A DNA stretch of 64,000 nucleotides from Actinomycetes bacterium (GTDB lineage: Bacteria > Actinomycetota > Actinomycetes > Mycobacteriales > Mycobacteriaceae), in assembly GCA_022600605.1 (NCBI GenBank), contig JAHZKD010000441.1, forward strand, positions 15,666 through 79,665, read 5' to 3'. The first letter of the stretch is position 1; the number at the start of each line of letters is the position of its first letter. The notes under the pieces were generated by a model, which was not told where the DNA came from, searched no databases, and worked only from the letters and a program-made list of their open reading frames with translations. Shown here in pieces: positions 21,019-30,700 of this stretch. Both the position numbers and the translations under genes were made by a program.

Positions 21019-24000
21019 GTGGATGAAAGCCAAGAGGTGAAGCGGCTTGCCGAAGCGCTGCGGTTGGGTCGAGTGGTCACAGTAGTCGGAGCGGGGCTAT
21101 CAGCGGCAACGACCCAAGCCGCGCCCTGTTCGACCTGGCTAGGCTTCTTGCGCAGCGGCATTAAGTTCGCGAGTGATCACCAATTGCTGGATAGGCAGAA
21201 GGAAAAGAAGCTCACCGACCTGCTGGACATTGCCACCGAAGGCGAATCTGACCTGACCCTTCTTCTATCCAGCGCTCAAGCGATCGGTAGCTACATCGCG
21301 AACGCGGGGGAGCAAGCTCAGGCCAATTGGTACCGAGACACGATCGGAGAACTTGAGGTCCGCGACCCGGGGTGGATCGACGCGATCGTAAGCCTGCACA
21401 CACCAATCCTCACCACAAACTACGACAATCTGATTGAGCAGCGTAGCGGCCGAGTCAGCGTGACCCGGAGCGACCCTTCGGGTTTCCAGGCCGCGGTGAC
21501 CCGCTCCTCCGACGCCATTGTGCACCTGCATGGCCTGTGGTCCGATCCAGCTTCGATTGTGCTGACCCCCACCGACTACACCAGCTTGGAGACCGACGCT
21601 ACATCGGCTGCGCTTCAGAAAGCACTATCGGCCACAGAGTCGCTCCTCTACATCGGATTCGGCTCTGGTATCAACGATCCGAACTTCAGCCAACTGCTCC
21701 AGTGGCATCGCCAAACGTTCAGGAAGTCTACGGTAGAGCACTTCCGGTTATGCCGTCGAGAAGAGCTCGACACGCTTAAGGCGCTGCACTGCGATCAAAA
21801 CATCACCCCCATCGCCTACGGGCTCGACTATGGCGAACTTCCGGCGTTCATTGGGGATTTGCCAACCTGTTACCCCGCGGGCAAAGTCAATGACTTAGGG
21901 CTAGCCCGGAACGTGCCGGCAGAGGCCCGGGAACGCATCATTGTCGACCTCACCGCCGAGTTGAATCTCGAACCGACCGTCTCCGGCACAGACAGCAGCA
22001 GATCGTTGGCAGAGATTCTTGTCGACCCTGTGTTACTCCCCAGCCCGCACTCCGAGTACGTGAGCCGATCAGACGATGACCCCACCACCAAACGCCTGGA
22101 CCCGTTTGAGGAGGCTTCCCGGTCCGGTGTCGTCATCGTGGTGGGGGAGGAGCATTCCGGGTTGACGACGACTTTGCGCTGGCTGGCATTGCAAGGGTCG
22201 TCGACAAGAGACGCTGTGAGCCCTCTATACCTGAACTTCAAAGACATTCCCCGTGGAAGCAACCCATTGGACAATCTGCTCCGTCGCCAAGCAATCGAGT
22301 CAAACGTCATCGAACGAAGACGAGACCCTCTCCCGCCCAACATCATCGCCCTCGACGACTTCAACCCGTTCATTTCGAAGGTATCGGAGAACGCCCTATG
22401 CGACATCGCACAAGAGGGCAACACGGCGTGCACCTTCATAGGTTGTCGACCTGGCGATGAAAGCCGCACCGCTGAAATACTACGCGGTTTGGATATCGAG
22501 CCACGGGTGCGCTACGTCGGGAAAGTCAACAAAGCCGATGTCACGGCTATGGCACAAATCGTCGCGCCGCTCGCGCCGAGCGGGCTGATAGACCGCGTCG
22601 TCACGATCCTGCGCAGCGAACGCCTGCCCCGAAGTCCCTTCACCGTCCAGCTCCTGCTCGAAATCCTGCTTAGGGGAGAGGAAATCGTCTCAACTCCGTC
22701 ACTGACGGGAGTCCTTGAACAATACTTGAGCGTGTTACTCGGACGAGGAGACCCCTCGGTCGACTCGCGCTACGCCATCGGTGTCGAACAAGGTCTGACG
22801 GCGCTGTCAGCGGTCGCCCACCTGTACGCGGAGCGTGGCCAGGTGAACCTACCCGAAACCGATGTCGTCGCGAGGCTCGAGGAAATCACCTCCCGGTTCT
22901 CATGGTCGGAATCTCCTTCGGAGATGCTGCAATACTTCCGTAAGGCACGCATACTGCGAGTTGACCCTTCCGGGGTGTCCTTCGTGAGGTCTAGCTACCT
23001 TCACTTGCTGGCCGCACGGTGGGCGGATCGCGACGCTGCTTTCTGTGAATTTCTCCAACTGGATCCCCTGCGGTACTCAAAGATCCTTCGCCATTACGCA
23101 GGAATGCGTCGCTCCGACAGCCAACTCCTTTATCGCATGCTCGACTTCTTGTCTACGATGACAAAGGACCACGGCGCAGCCAAGGCTTTGGAGCCTGTCG
23201 CAGAAGTGGACGCGCCGCGCTTCTTGGTCAGCGATGACACTGAGCCAGCGCAAGACCGCCGAGAAGGCGCCGACGGTGAGACAGCGCCAAGCAACGACGC
23301 CCCAGTCGACGAACTGGATGCGCTGCCGGACACCGACAGAGAACCCTTCCCGGAAATCTCGACTGCCGATACCCCGTACGTCCAGCGCTTAGCCATGGCG
23401 CTGGAGTCCGCATCAGCGATCCTGCGCGACTCCGACGAAGTCGAGGATCTGGACGTCAAGCAGAAGCTACTACGCGCCGTGCTAAACGGATGGGGCGAAT
23501 TCATCGCACACATGTCTGAGGACCACGATTTCCAAGATCTCCGCCGCGCCATAGTCGAGGACCTCCGCACAACCAATCCCGACTTCGCCGAAAACAACGA
23601 CGGCCTGGTCAGCGATATCTTCGACATCATTCCATGTGCCATCGTCGCCGGCGAAATTGAACGGCATCTGGCCTCCCGCAAGCTGCTGAGGACACTCGGT
23701 GAAATCCTGGCCGACGAGGCCGAGCTGCCCACAGGCGAGGCCGCCAGCGCGGCATTGCTATTATTCTTCATTCGCGAGCCAGGGTGGATTCGCCAGGCAG
23801 CCGATCTCGGTGCACGGCAGAAGAATTCGTGGATTTTTGTGAGCTTCTTGCCGTTCTTATACGCAACGCAACTGAATACCGAAGGCTCACAGGGTACGGA
23901 CCCCGAACTGGTCGACGAAATCGCCGAACGACTGCTCCATCAGTATAGGTACAAGAGCCACCGGCAGAGGGTCGTCGCCAAGGAGAAGATCAAGGTCCAG

Positions 24001-24057
24001 GTAAGGCGAATCGGGTACAAGCAAAGGCAGCAACGGTCGGCGATTGAAGTTGATTGA
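21019..24057 (+). CDS. SIR2-like domain fused to a degenerate STAND NTPase; putative anti-phage protein
   Basis: VVGAGLS, TTNYD, HLHG, LYIGFG (SIR2_2 motifs); GEEHSGLTT / IIALDDF P-loop remnants; lower GC than flanks. Confidence 0.75.
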   Translation: MDESQEVKRLAEALRLGRVVTVVGAGLSAATTQAAPCSTWLGFLRSGIKFASDHQLLDRQKEKKLTDLLDIATEGESDLTLLLSSAQAIGSYIANAGEQAQANWYRDTIGELEVRDPGWIDAIVSLHTPILTTNYDNLIEQRSGRVSVTRSDPSGFQAAVTRSSDAIVHLHGLWSDPASIVLTPTDYTSLETDATSAALQKALSATESLLYIGFGSGINDPNFSQLLQWHRQTFRKSTVEHFRLCRREELDTLKALHCDQNITPIAYGLDYGELPAFIGDLPTCYPAGKVNDLGLARNVPAEARERIIVDLTAELNLEPTVSGTDSSRSLAEILVDPVLLPSPHSEYVSRSDDDPTTKRLDPFEEASRSGVVIVVGEEHSGLTTTLRWLALQGSSTRDAVSPLYLNFKDIPRGSNPLDNLLRRQAIESNVIERRRDPLPPNIIALDDFNPFISKVSENALCDIAQEGNTACTFIGCRPGDESRTAEILRGLDIEPRVRYVGKVNKADVTAMAQIVAPLAPSGLIDRVVTILRSERLPRSPFTVQLLLEILLRGEEIVSTPSLTGVLEQYLSVLLGRGDPSVDSRYAIGVEQGLTALSAVAHLYAERGQVNLPETDVVARLEEITSRFSWSESPSEMLQYFRKARILRVDPSGVSFVRSSYLHLLAARWADRDAAFCEFLQLDPLRYSKILRHYAGMRRSDSQLLYRMLDFLSTMTKDHGAAKALEPVAEVDAPRFLVSDDTEPAQDRREGADGETAPSNDAPVDELDALPDTDREPFPEISTADTPYVQRLAMALESASAILRDSDEVEDLDVKQKLLRAVLNGWGEFIAHMSEDHDFQDLRRAIVEDLRTTNPDFAENNDGLVSDIFDIIPCAIVAGEIERHLASRKLLRTLGEILADEAELPTGEAASAALLLFFIREPGWIRQAADLGARQKNSWIFVSFLPFLYATQLNTEGSQGTDPELVDEIAERLLHQYRYKSHRQRVVAKEKIKVQVRRIGYKQRQQRSAIEVD

Positions 24058-24229
24058 TCTTGGCTATCTTGCGGTTGCGGCCACCGGACAGCAGCACCCA
24101 CCCTTGCCCCGCGATGAGCGCACCCAGGTGCCTAGCCCATGCCAAAGCCTTTAGTGTGGCGTATCGCCAGCACCCATAACTCCGATCATCCGTCGACGCA
24201 TCTCATGCAATGTAGGCGGCGTGCGTGGG

Positions 24230-24640
24230 TCAGGCGCGAAGCGATGCCGTATCCAGTTCGATTCCGATGACCTTGGCGACGTGGAACATGTCAGCGTCCC
24301 AGGCCAGCAATGTGAGGGCGCGGCGGTCGGCGACGGCTGCGATCATGCAGTCGATCATCCCGCGAGGGGTGATACCCGCTTGTCGACAGCGACGATAGAT
24401 TCTTGTCGCGGCTTCGAAATCGGAGACGACATCGAAGCGCGCCAAATCGAACCGCAGAAGCATGCGCCGTAGATCTTCCTCACCGGCGTCACTGCGTGCG
24501 CCTGCCAGCACCTCCATCATGACCGGCTCGGTGACCATTAGCTGCCCGTCGGTGGTGATCAACTCGGCGATACGCTGGTCTGCTTTGCTACCCGTGGCGC
24601 GGTCGTATTCGATCCACGCCGAGGTGTCGGCCAGGATCAC
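24230..24640 (-). CDS. vapC: VapC PIN-domain toxin (VapC11-like)
   Basis: ILADTSAWIEY, EVLAG, DCMIAA, D.D acidic tetrad. Confidence 0.9.
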   Translation of the reverse strand: MILADTSAWIEYDRATGSKADQRIAELITTDGQLMVTEPVMMEVLAGARSDAGEEDLRRMLLRFDLARFDVVSDFEAATRIYRRCRQAGITPRGMIDCMIAAVADRRALTLLAWDADMFHVAKVIGIELDTASLRA

Positions 24641-24849
24641 GCCGAACCCCGTGGACCGGCATCGGCGGGAACCTCCCCCATGGCGTGCGCACCCCGCATC
24701 GCCAGTGCCTGCTCGCGCGTCATCGGCTGGCCTGCCAGGTGGCGCAGTGCAAGCTCTACGGCCTCGGTCTTCGTGTGGACTCCGTAGCGGTTCTTTATCG
24801 CCTCGACGTAGAGGTCCTCGATTTCGATGTTGGTACGCACCTTCGCCAT
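24637..24849 (-). CDS. vapB: VapB antitoxin (VapB11-like)
   Basis: RTNIEIED...TKTEAVELALRHL; GTGA overlap with vapC. Confidence 0.88.
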   Translation of the reverse strand: MAKVRTNIEIEDLYVEAIKNRYGVHTKTEAVELALRHLAGQPMTREQALAMRGAHAMGEVPADAGPRGSA

Positions 24850-25030
24850 ACACCAATCATACACCTTGCGTGTACAGTACGTGTACGCCAAAGCGCCGCA
24901 TCGTCTGGCCGAACGTGAGCCACTAGTGTCTAGGAACGGTGCTGCGGGCTCAGGTACGGTGCTGCGCTTGGCATTTGTCGGCTGGCGCACTGTCCGGTCG
25001 CTGGCTCGTGCCGGGCCGTTCGTAAACGTG

Positions 25031-25069
25031 TTGTGGGGCGCTCACCTTGGCCAGGTGAACGCCCCACAA
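25031..25069 (-). terminator. Stem-loop downstream of esxH
   Basis: TTGTGGGGCG-CTCACCT...AGGTGAA-CGCCCCACAA inverted repeat. Confidence 0.65.
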
Positions 25070-25090
25070 TGTTGTGTCTGAGCTAGCTGG

Positions 25091-25381
25091 TCAGCCCATC
25101 CATTTGGCGCCCTCGGCCTGGTCGCGGGCCAGCATGTTCATGGTGTTTTGCTCATGAGACTTGGTCATCAACGAATACGACGACGTCAACTCCTCAAGAA
25201 CGGTGTTCCACTGTGACTGCCAACTCTGAAAGCTCCCGCCGGTGTCGCCAACCCAGCCGGCGGCCAGCGCGCCCTGCTCGGCAGCAATGCCGCTTCCCAC
25301 ACTGCGCAAGGCGCCATTATGGCCTTCCATCGCTGTGGCTGTCCCCAGCATGGCCGGGTAGACGAACTTAACTTGTGCCAT
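25091..25381 (-). CDS. esxH: WXG100 protein, EsxH-like
   Basis: 96 aa; YPAMLG, WVGDTG, WQSQWN, HEQNTM.MLARD.AE.AKW.G match EsxH. Confidence 0.88.
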   Translation of the reverse strand: MAQVKFVYPAMLGTATAMEGHNGALRSVGSGIAAEQGALAAGWVGDTGGSFQSWQSQWNTVLEELTSSYSLMTKSHEQNTMNMLARDQAEGAKWMG

Positions 25382-25444
25382 CGATCAACGCTCCTTTGTA
25401 GTCTGTGAAAACTTGTCTGCGAATAGTTCTTTGACGAGGGTTGT

Positions 25445-25765
25445 TTAGACGTTTCCGGTCGGAACCGCTGCAGCGGCGGTGTTCATATCCGAAGCCCCAG
25501 TCTGGTCGCCGATGGTGTAGCTGGTGCCGCCTTCGTTGATGTTTTGACCCGCTTGGTCCAACAGGACGTTGGCCTTGGCCGCGGCCTCGGCGAAACGGGC
25601 GTGCGCGGACTGGAAAGCGATCGAGGATTCGCCCTGGTGGTACGCCTGGGCCTCCATCGCAGTGCTTTCGGCTTGGGCAATCGTGCTGCGCATCAGCGCT
25701 GCCTGGTCTGCGAAGCTGCTGGAGCTGGTGTGCATTTGGGGAACATTGGCGTCAAGAAATCCCAT
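25445..25765 (-). CDS. esxG: WXG100 protein, EsxG-like
   Basis: LDANVPQ, AQAYHQGESS.AFQ.AHARF, YxxxD (YTIGD). Confidence 0.88.
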   Translation of the reverse strand: MGFLDANVPQMHTSSSSFADQAALMRSTIAQAESTAMEAQAYHQGESSIAFQSAHARFAEAAAKANVLLDQAGQNINEGGTSYTIGDQTGASDMNTAAAAVPTGNV

Positions 25766-25858
25766 GGTGATAGTCCTTCCGGCTAGGGGATAGGTGGTGC
25801 ATATCAATTCAGTTGAGTTCTCAGATATCGACCCTTCAGAAATATGAGGGGGCATCGG

Positions 25859-27208
25859 TTAGCGGGCCATGGCGAACATCCCCCCATCGCCCTCGGCGTC
25901 GGCGTCTTCGGTGTCGTCATCGACAAGGTCGTCGGTATAGGTATTGACCTGCTGAGCTGCTTGGCTGCCCCGGCGCTGAGCACCTGAACCCATCATTGCC
26001 CCGCCCCCTGCGGCCCCGCCGCCTGCCGAAGCCGACGGCATACCCGCGGCCAGCGGGCTGACCGCCTGCGCGCTCAGCGGTGCCGAGGGCGCCGGTGTGG
26101 CACCCCAGGTGGAGGGCATCAGCGGTCGAGAGGGTCCGCTGCCTAACGCGCCCCCGGCCAGGCTGGTCATCCCGGCGGGGTTGATGCCCGAAATAGCGCC
26201 AGTGCCAGCGAATCCCACCGGCCCGGCAAAGCCTTGTTGGCCAAGTTCGGAGCCGCTCCCGAAAGAGCCCAGCAGCGAGGACAGCTGTTGTGGGGCTGAG
26301 GCCAGCATCTGCGGTGCCTGGGTCAACATTTGAGTGGGGCCTTGGATCGCCGAGGACGCCGCTTGCGGTGCGGCCGAGGCCAGCGACTGGGCCTGCTGCA
26401 TGAAATTGTTGGCCATGTTCTCCGGCTTGACGGTTTGGCGGGCGCCTTCCTTGCTCTGGTTGGCTGCGCTTTCACCGCCGGAGGTGGTTTGAGCTCCGGG
26501 GGTGTAGCTGAGCAGCGATGCCGGGCTGGTGGCCGCTTTGCCGGCCAACAGCTTGCTGCTCAACATCTCTGCACCAGTGAGCATTACCCCACCGTTGGCG
26601 GCCATGCCGGTGGTGGCCGCCGAGGCCGCGCTCGCCGCGGCGTTGCCGGCTTCACCGACGCCGGGGATCAAAGTGATCGGGGAGGGCGGAGTTTCGACGA
26701 TCGAGTCCACCGAGGCGGTAGTAGCACCGTCGTAGACAGCCATTGTGTCAGCGGCTTGGTTCCACATCCGCACATAGTCGGCCTCATTCATGCCGATCGG
26801 AATGGTGTTCACACCGAAGAAGTTCGTGGAGACCAGCACACCGTGAACCACATGGTTGGTGATCAGCTCGGCCATCGTGGGCATCACCGCCACTGCGCCC
26901 GCGTAGGACTCGGCGATCATTGTGTGCGCTGTGGCGGCCAAGGTGGCTTTGACCATGACCTCGCCCAACCATAGTTTCATCGGCATGTGCGCGGCGATGA
27001 ACGCCTCAGCTGAGGGCCCCTGATAGGTGGCTTGCACCTGCCCCATAATCGCCTCTAACTCCGCAAGCCCGGCCCCATACTGGGCAGCCAGAGTCGCCCA
27101 CGACGTACCGGCGGCCACGATGCCCGCAGGGGTAGCCCCGGCGGTGAGCAGCGTTGAATGCACCTCCGGGGGAGCGGCGTGCCAGATAGGCGGAGCAGGG
27201 ATGGGCAC
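25859..27208 (-). CDS. PPE family protein
   Basis: PIWHAAPPEVHS, NFFGVNTIPI..NEADYVRMWNQAA; acidic C-terminus. Confidence 0.92.
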   Translation of the reverse strand: MPIPAPPIWHAAPPEVHSTLLTAGATPAGIVAAGTSWATLAAQYGAGLAELEAIMGQVQATYQGPSAEAFIAAHMPMKLWLGEVMVKATLAATAHTMIAESYAGAVAVMPTMAELITNHVVHGVLVSTNFFGVNTIPIGMNEADYVRMWNQAADTMAVYDGATTASVDSIVETPPSPITLIPGVGEAGNAAASAASAATTGMAANGGVMLTGAEMLSSKLLAGKAATSPASLLSYTPGAQTTSGGESAANQSKEGARQTVKPENMANNFMQQAQSLASAAPQAASSAIQGPTQMLTQAPQMLASAPQQLSSLLGSFGSGSELGQQGFAGPVGFAGTGAISGINPAGMTSLAGGALGSGPSRPLMPSTWGATPAPSAPLSAQAVSPLAAGMPSASAGGGAAGGGAMMGSGAQRRGSQAAQQVNTYTDDLVDDDTEDADAEGDGGMFAMAR

Positions 27209-27216
27209 GGTGGTCC

Positions 27217-27534
27217 TTAGAGCGCTCCGCCGGCGGCGGTGTAGACAGCGGCGCCTTCAGTCTCGCCGATGGCGTAGCTGGCGCTGGCCTCGCCCACACC
27301 GGCTGCCGAAGCGCCCAATTCGGCACTGCCCATCGCAGCCATCGCGCTATGAGCAACGCCTTTGGCTTGCAGGGCCGCCGCGGTCTTGACCGAGGCGAGG
27401 TCAGCCCCTGGAGGCATCACCAAACCCATCGCGGCGGTGTGTGCGGCGTTGACGCCGATCAGACGCCCGGTCAGCGCAGCGACCTGCGCTGATGCCGCAG
27501 CCAATGCTTCGGGTATTACGTTAAGTCCTGCCAT
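27217..27534 (-). CDS. PE family protein (PE5-like)
   Basis: LNVIPEALAAASA, PPGADLAS, YxxxE (YAIGE). Confidence 0.88.
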   Translation of the reverse strand: MAGLNVIPEALAAASAQVAALTGRLIGVNAAHTAAMGLVMPPGADLASVKTAAALQAKGVAHSAMAAMGSAELGASAAGVGEASASYAIGETEGAAVYTAAGGAL

Positions 27535-27720
27535 GAGATCCCGACCCTTATCTCCTTGGTCCTCGTTGTTCGGTGAGGGTGCCCGCATCGCCGCTATCCG
27601 GCCCGGTCACGGTTTGCTGGGTGTGACCTGATCGGCCTAGGTTACCGACAGGTAATGACACGCGCCACCTTTAAGTATCCGCTGCTAGCAGTCTCACAGC
27701 CGGCGCACAGACGGTTGTCA

Positions 27721-30700
27721 TTACTGTCCCAGCTCCGGGTCAGGGGCGGCTAGCTGGGCGTAGCCAGCATTGTCGTCATTGGGGGCTAGGACAAACCCCC
27801 GACCTGGGGAAAGCCCCTCTTCGAACTTCACTCCACCGACCTTCTCGCTTGTCGAGCGCGCTGAGAGCAGAATGCGTTGGGCGTTCTGGGCGGCGAGCTG
27901 CCCCGTGACAGTGCTCGGACTCAGCTCGGCCAGGCCCGCGCCGGCCGCCCGGTGGGTGCACACGATGCGCAGCCCAACATCACGAGCATTGGAGATGTGG
28001 CGCATCAGCGGCTGCCACACCGCGACCAGCCGGCCCGCGTCGCTGACCGGGGGCGCGCCGGCAGCCGCCGGTGCGTGCACAGTGACCTGGGCCGGAATAG
28101 CGTCCAAATCGTCGACGAACAGATAAATCAGGGGACCGTCAAAGCTCCAGGCCCGCTTCTGCTCCCAGCTCAGATCACCCGGCGGTGTGCGGCTGTCGAG
28201 CAGGGTGGCCACTGCGTTGATCCGCCCGGCCATGGTCTCGACGTTCGTTTCGTAGAAATCGCACACCGCGTCGGGGTTTCTCGGATCGGGTTCGATCAGA
28301 TGGCGGGTCAACCCGCTAAGCCCTCGGCTCTTGTCGAACACGATGATTGAGGCCGCAGAACTGCCGCCACGGCGGGCGGCCACCGCGCGCACCATATTGG
28401 CCAGAAAGGTCGATTTACCGTGACGATCATCACCGTAGAGCGCCAGCAGCGGGTCCACAGCGAAGTCGACCACCAGGGGCGCCAAGTCACGCCCGCGCAC
28501 CCCGATGGCGTAGCGCTCCTGGTCAAGGTCCCCAGGCAGATCACTGATGTCTACTGACACCGGCAGCAGCCGCGGCCGCGGCGCAGGGGCCACTGCGTTG
28601 TATCGGTCGGTGAGCTTGCTCACCGTCTGACGTACCTGGGCGTCGAGGTCCTCCATTGTGGGTTCACCGTCGGTGCGGCCCACCGCGAATCGGATCACGT
28701 CACCAGCGGCGTTGATGCCCCGACCTGGGTCGTCGTCAGGAATGCGGTCCTGCGGGCGGATCATCTTGTCTTCTATGCTCGGGCGCACTTGCGAGGATGA
28801 GCTGTTGGCCAGTTTGAGTTCGTAGCGCACGTTGAGCTGGTTGGATACACCTTGGCCGAGTTTGATCCAGTCCGCGGCGGTGACCATCACGTGGATGCCG
28901 TGCCCCGCGCCGACGAGCCGCTCAATGTTCTTGTGATGCGGGTTTTTTGGGTTCATCAGCGAGGTGTTGCTGTCGATGAAGTTTTCCCAGCCGTCGACGA
29001 CAACGAAGATGTCGGTGGGGTAGCCGTCATCAAGGACGCGATCCCCGGCTGCGCGCCGAGAACGGAATTCCTCTAACGAGCCCACATTGTGGCGCTCAAA
29101 CATCCGCCGACGCTGGGTCAAGACTGTGTCCAGATCGCCCAGGATCCGCAAGTTGAGTTCATTGCGGTCGCGTCCACCCACTGCACCCACATGCGGCAGA
29201 TCCCGCACCGCGGCCAAAGCCGGCCCGCCGTAGCTCAATAGGTAAAAGCCGACCTCGGCCGGGGAGTAGCGCGAGGCTGCCGAGAGGATGAACGTTGTCA
29301 CCACCATCGAGGCTTCGGCGTTGCGCATCCCCAGAAGCGATATGTTGCCGTCATCGACGCTGTAGCGCAGTAGCCCATGGCTGAGCTGGCGGGGGCGGTC
29401 GATTTCTCCCAGCGGCCACCATGGCCCAGCGCCGGCAGGGGCGGCGGCCTGGCGGGCCTGGCCCAGGACCGCATCCAGGGGGATCGGGTCATCCAGCGGC
29501 GGCGACCACAGCTGGGGGGGCTGCTTTCCGTAGGCGGCCGACAGTTGGGGACCCACGGTGAGTACCAGCGAGCGCGGGGGCCCTTCGATCGCGGTTTCGG
29601 CGGCGATTTCCTCTTCGATCACGGTGTCGGGGTCCGGGGCGACCGGCCCGGCGGTGAACAGCCGGGCCCGCGGGTGGGCGTTAATCACTCGACGGTTGAT
29701 CGTCGTGGGCGGCTCATAGCGGCTCGGCAGCATGAACCCTCGGTATTTCACCGGCTCAGCGCCGGGCGCACGCACGAAATAGCCTGTGCCTTTGACGTTT
29801 TTGCCGTCAGGGATGTGGAAGGCGTCCGGGGTGCCGATCACCCGCCGCGAGATGGGTTCGGAGGCCACCTTCAACCCGATGCGGTATTGGGTGTTGTCCG
29901 GGATCTTCTTGATCACGCCTTCATCGAGTGTTTGGGAGGCGAACAAGAAAAACACACCTTGGGAGCGTCCCTTGCGGGTCACGGTGTCAAACACCTCGGC
30001 CATGTCGGGATGGTCTTTAAGGAGCAGCGAGAACTCGTCGACCACAATGAACATGAACGGCATCGGCGCCAAGTGAGCCCCCGCCGCCGTCGCGCGGGCT
30101 TCGTTGTATTCCGAAAGTGATTGAAACGCTGCACCCTTGATCTGATTGCCGGCGTCGTAGAAAATTCGGCCCCGCTGATCAAGGAGCCCCAGCAGAGTGT
30201 CACCGAAACGGGCTACCAGTGAACGTTTTTCCTCCATATTGGTCACCACTGCGACCACATGGGGAAACCCGGCGAACGCATCGAATCCTGCGGCGTCTTT
30301 GAAGTCAGTCAAGATCGCTTGAACCACATCGGGGGAGTGCTGCAAAAACAGGCCCGCCACCATGGCCCCCAGGGTGGTCGATTTCCCTGACCCGGTCATG
30401 CCGATCATCAGCCCGTGGGGCCCGTTGCCGCCGTCGGCTTCATCTTTGAGATCGATCATCAGCGGCGCCCCGCTGGGCTGCAGCCCGACGGGCACCCGCA
30501 GCAACCCGTCCAGGTTCACCGGCTCACCGGTGCCCACCGGCAACCTGCGGGGCCCCCACAGCGCCTCGACATCAAGGTTGGCCGCATTGGTGATACCCAG
30601 CAGAGAAAGCATGCTTTGGGCCGCCGCTGAGGCCGCATCTTGGCGGCTGATCCCTGCGCTATCCCAGCGCGCCAAGCTGCGCGCCAAGTGCGCCATCACC

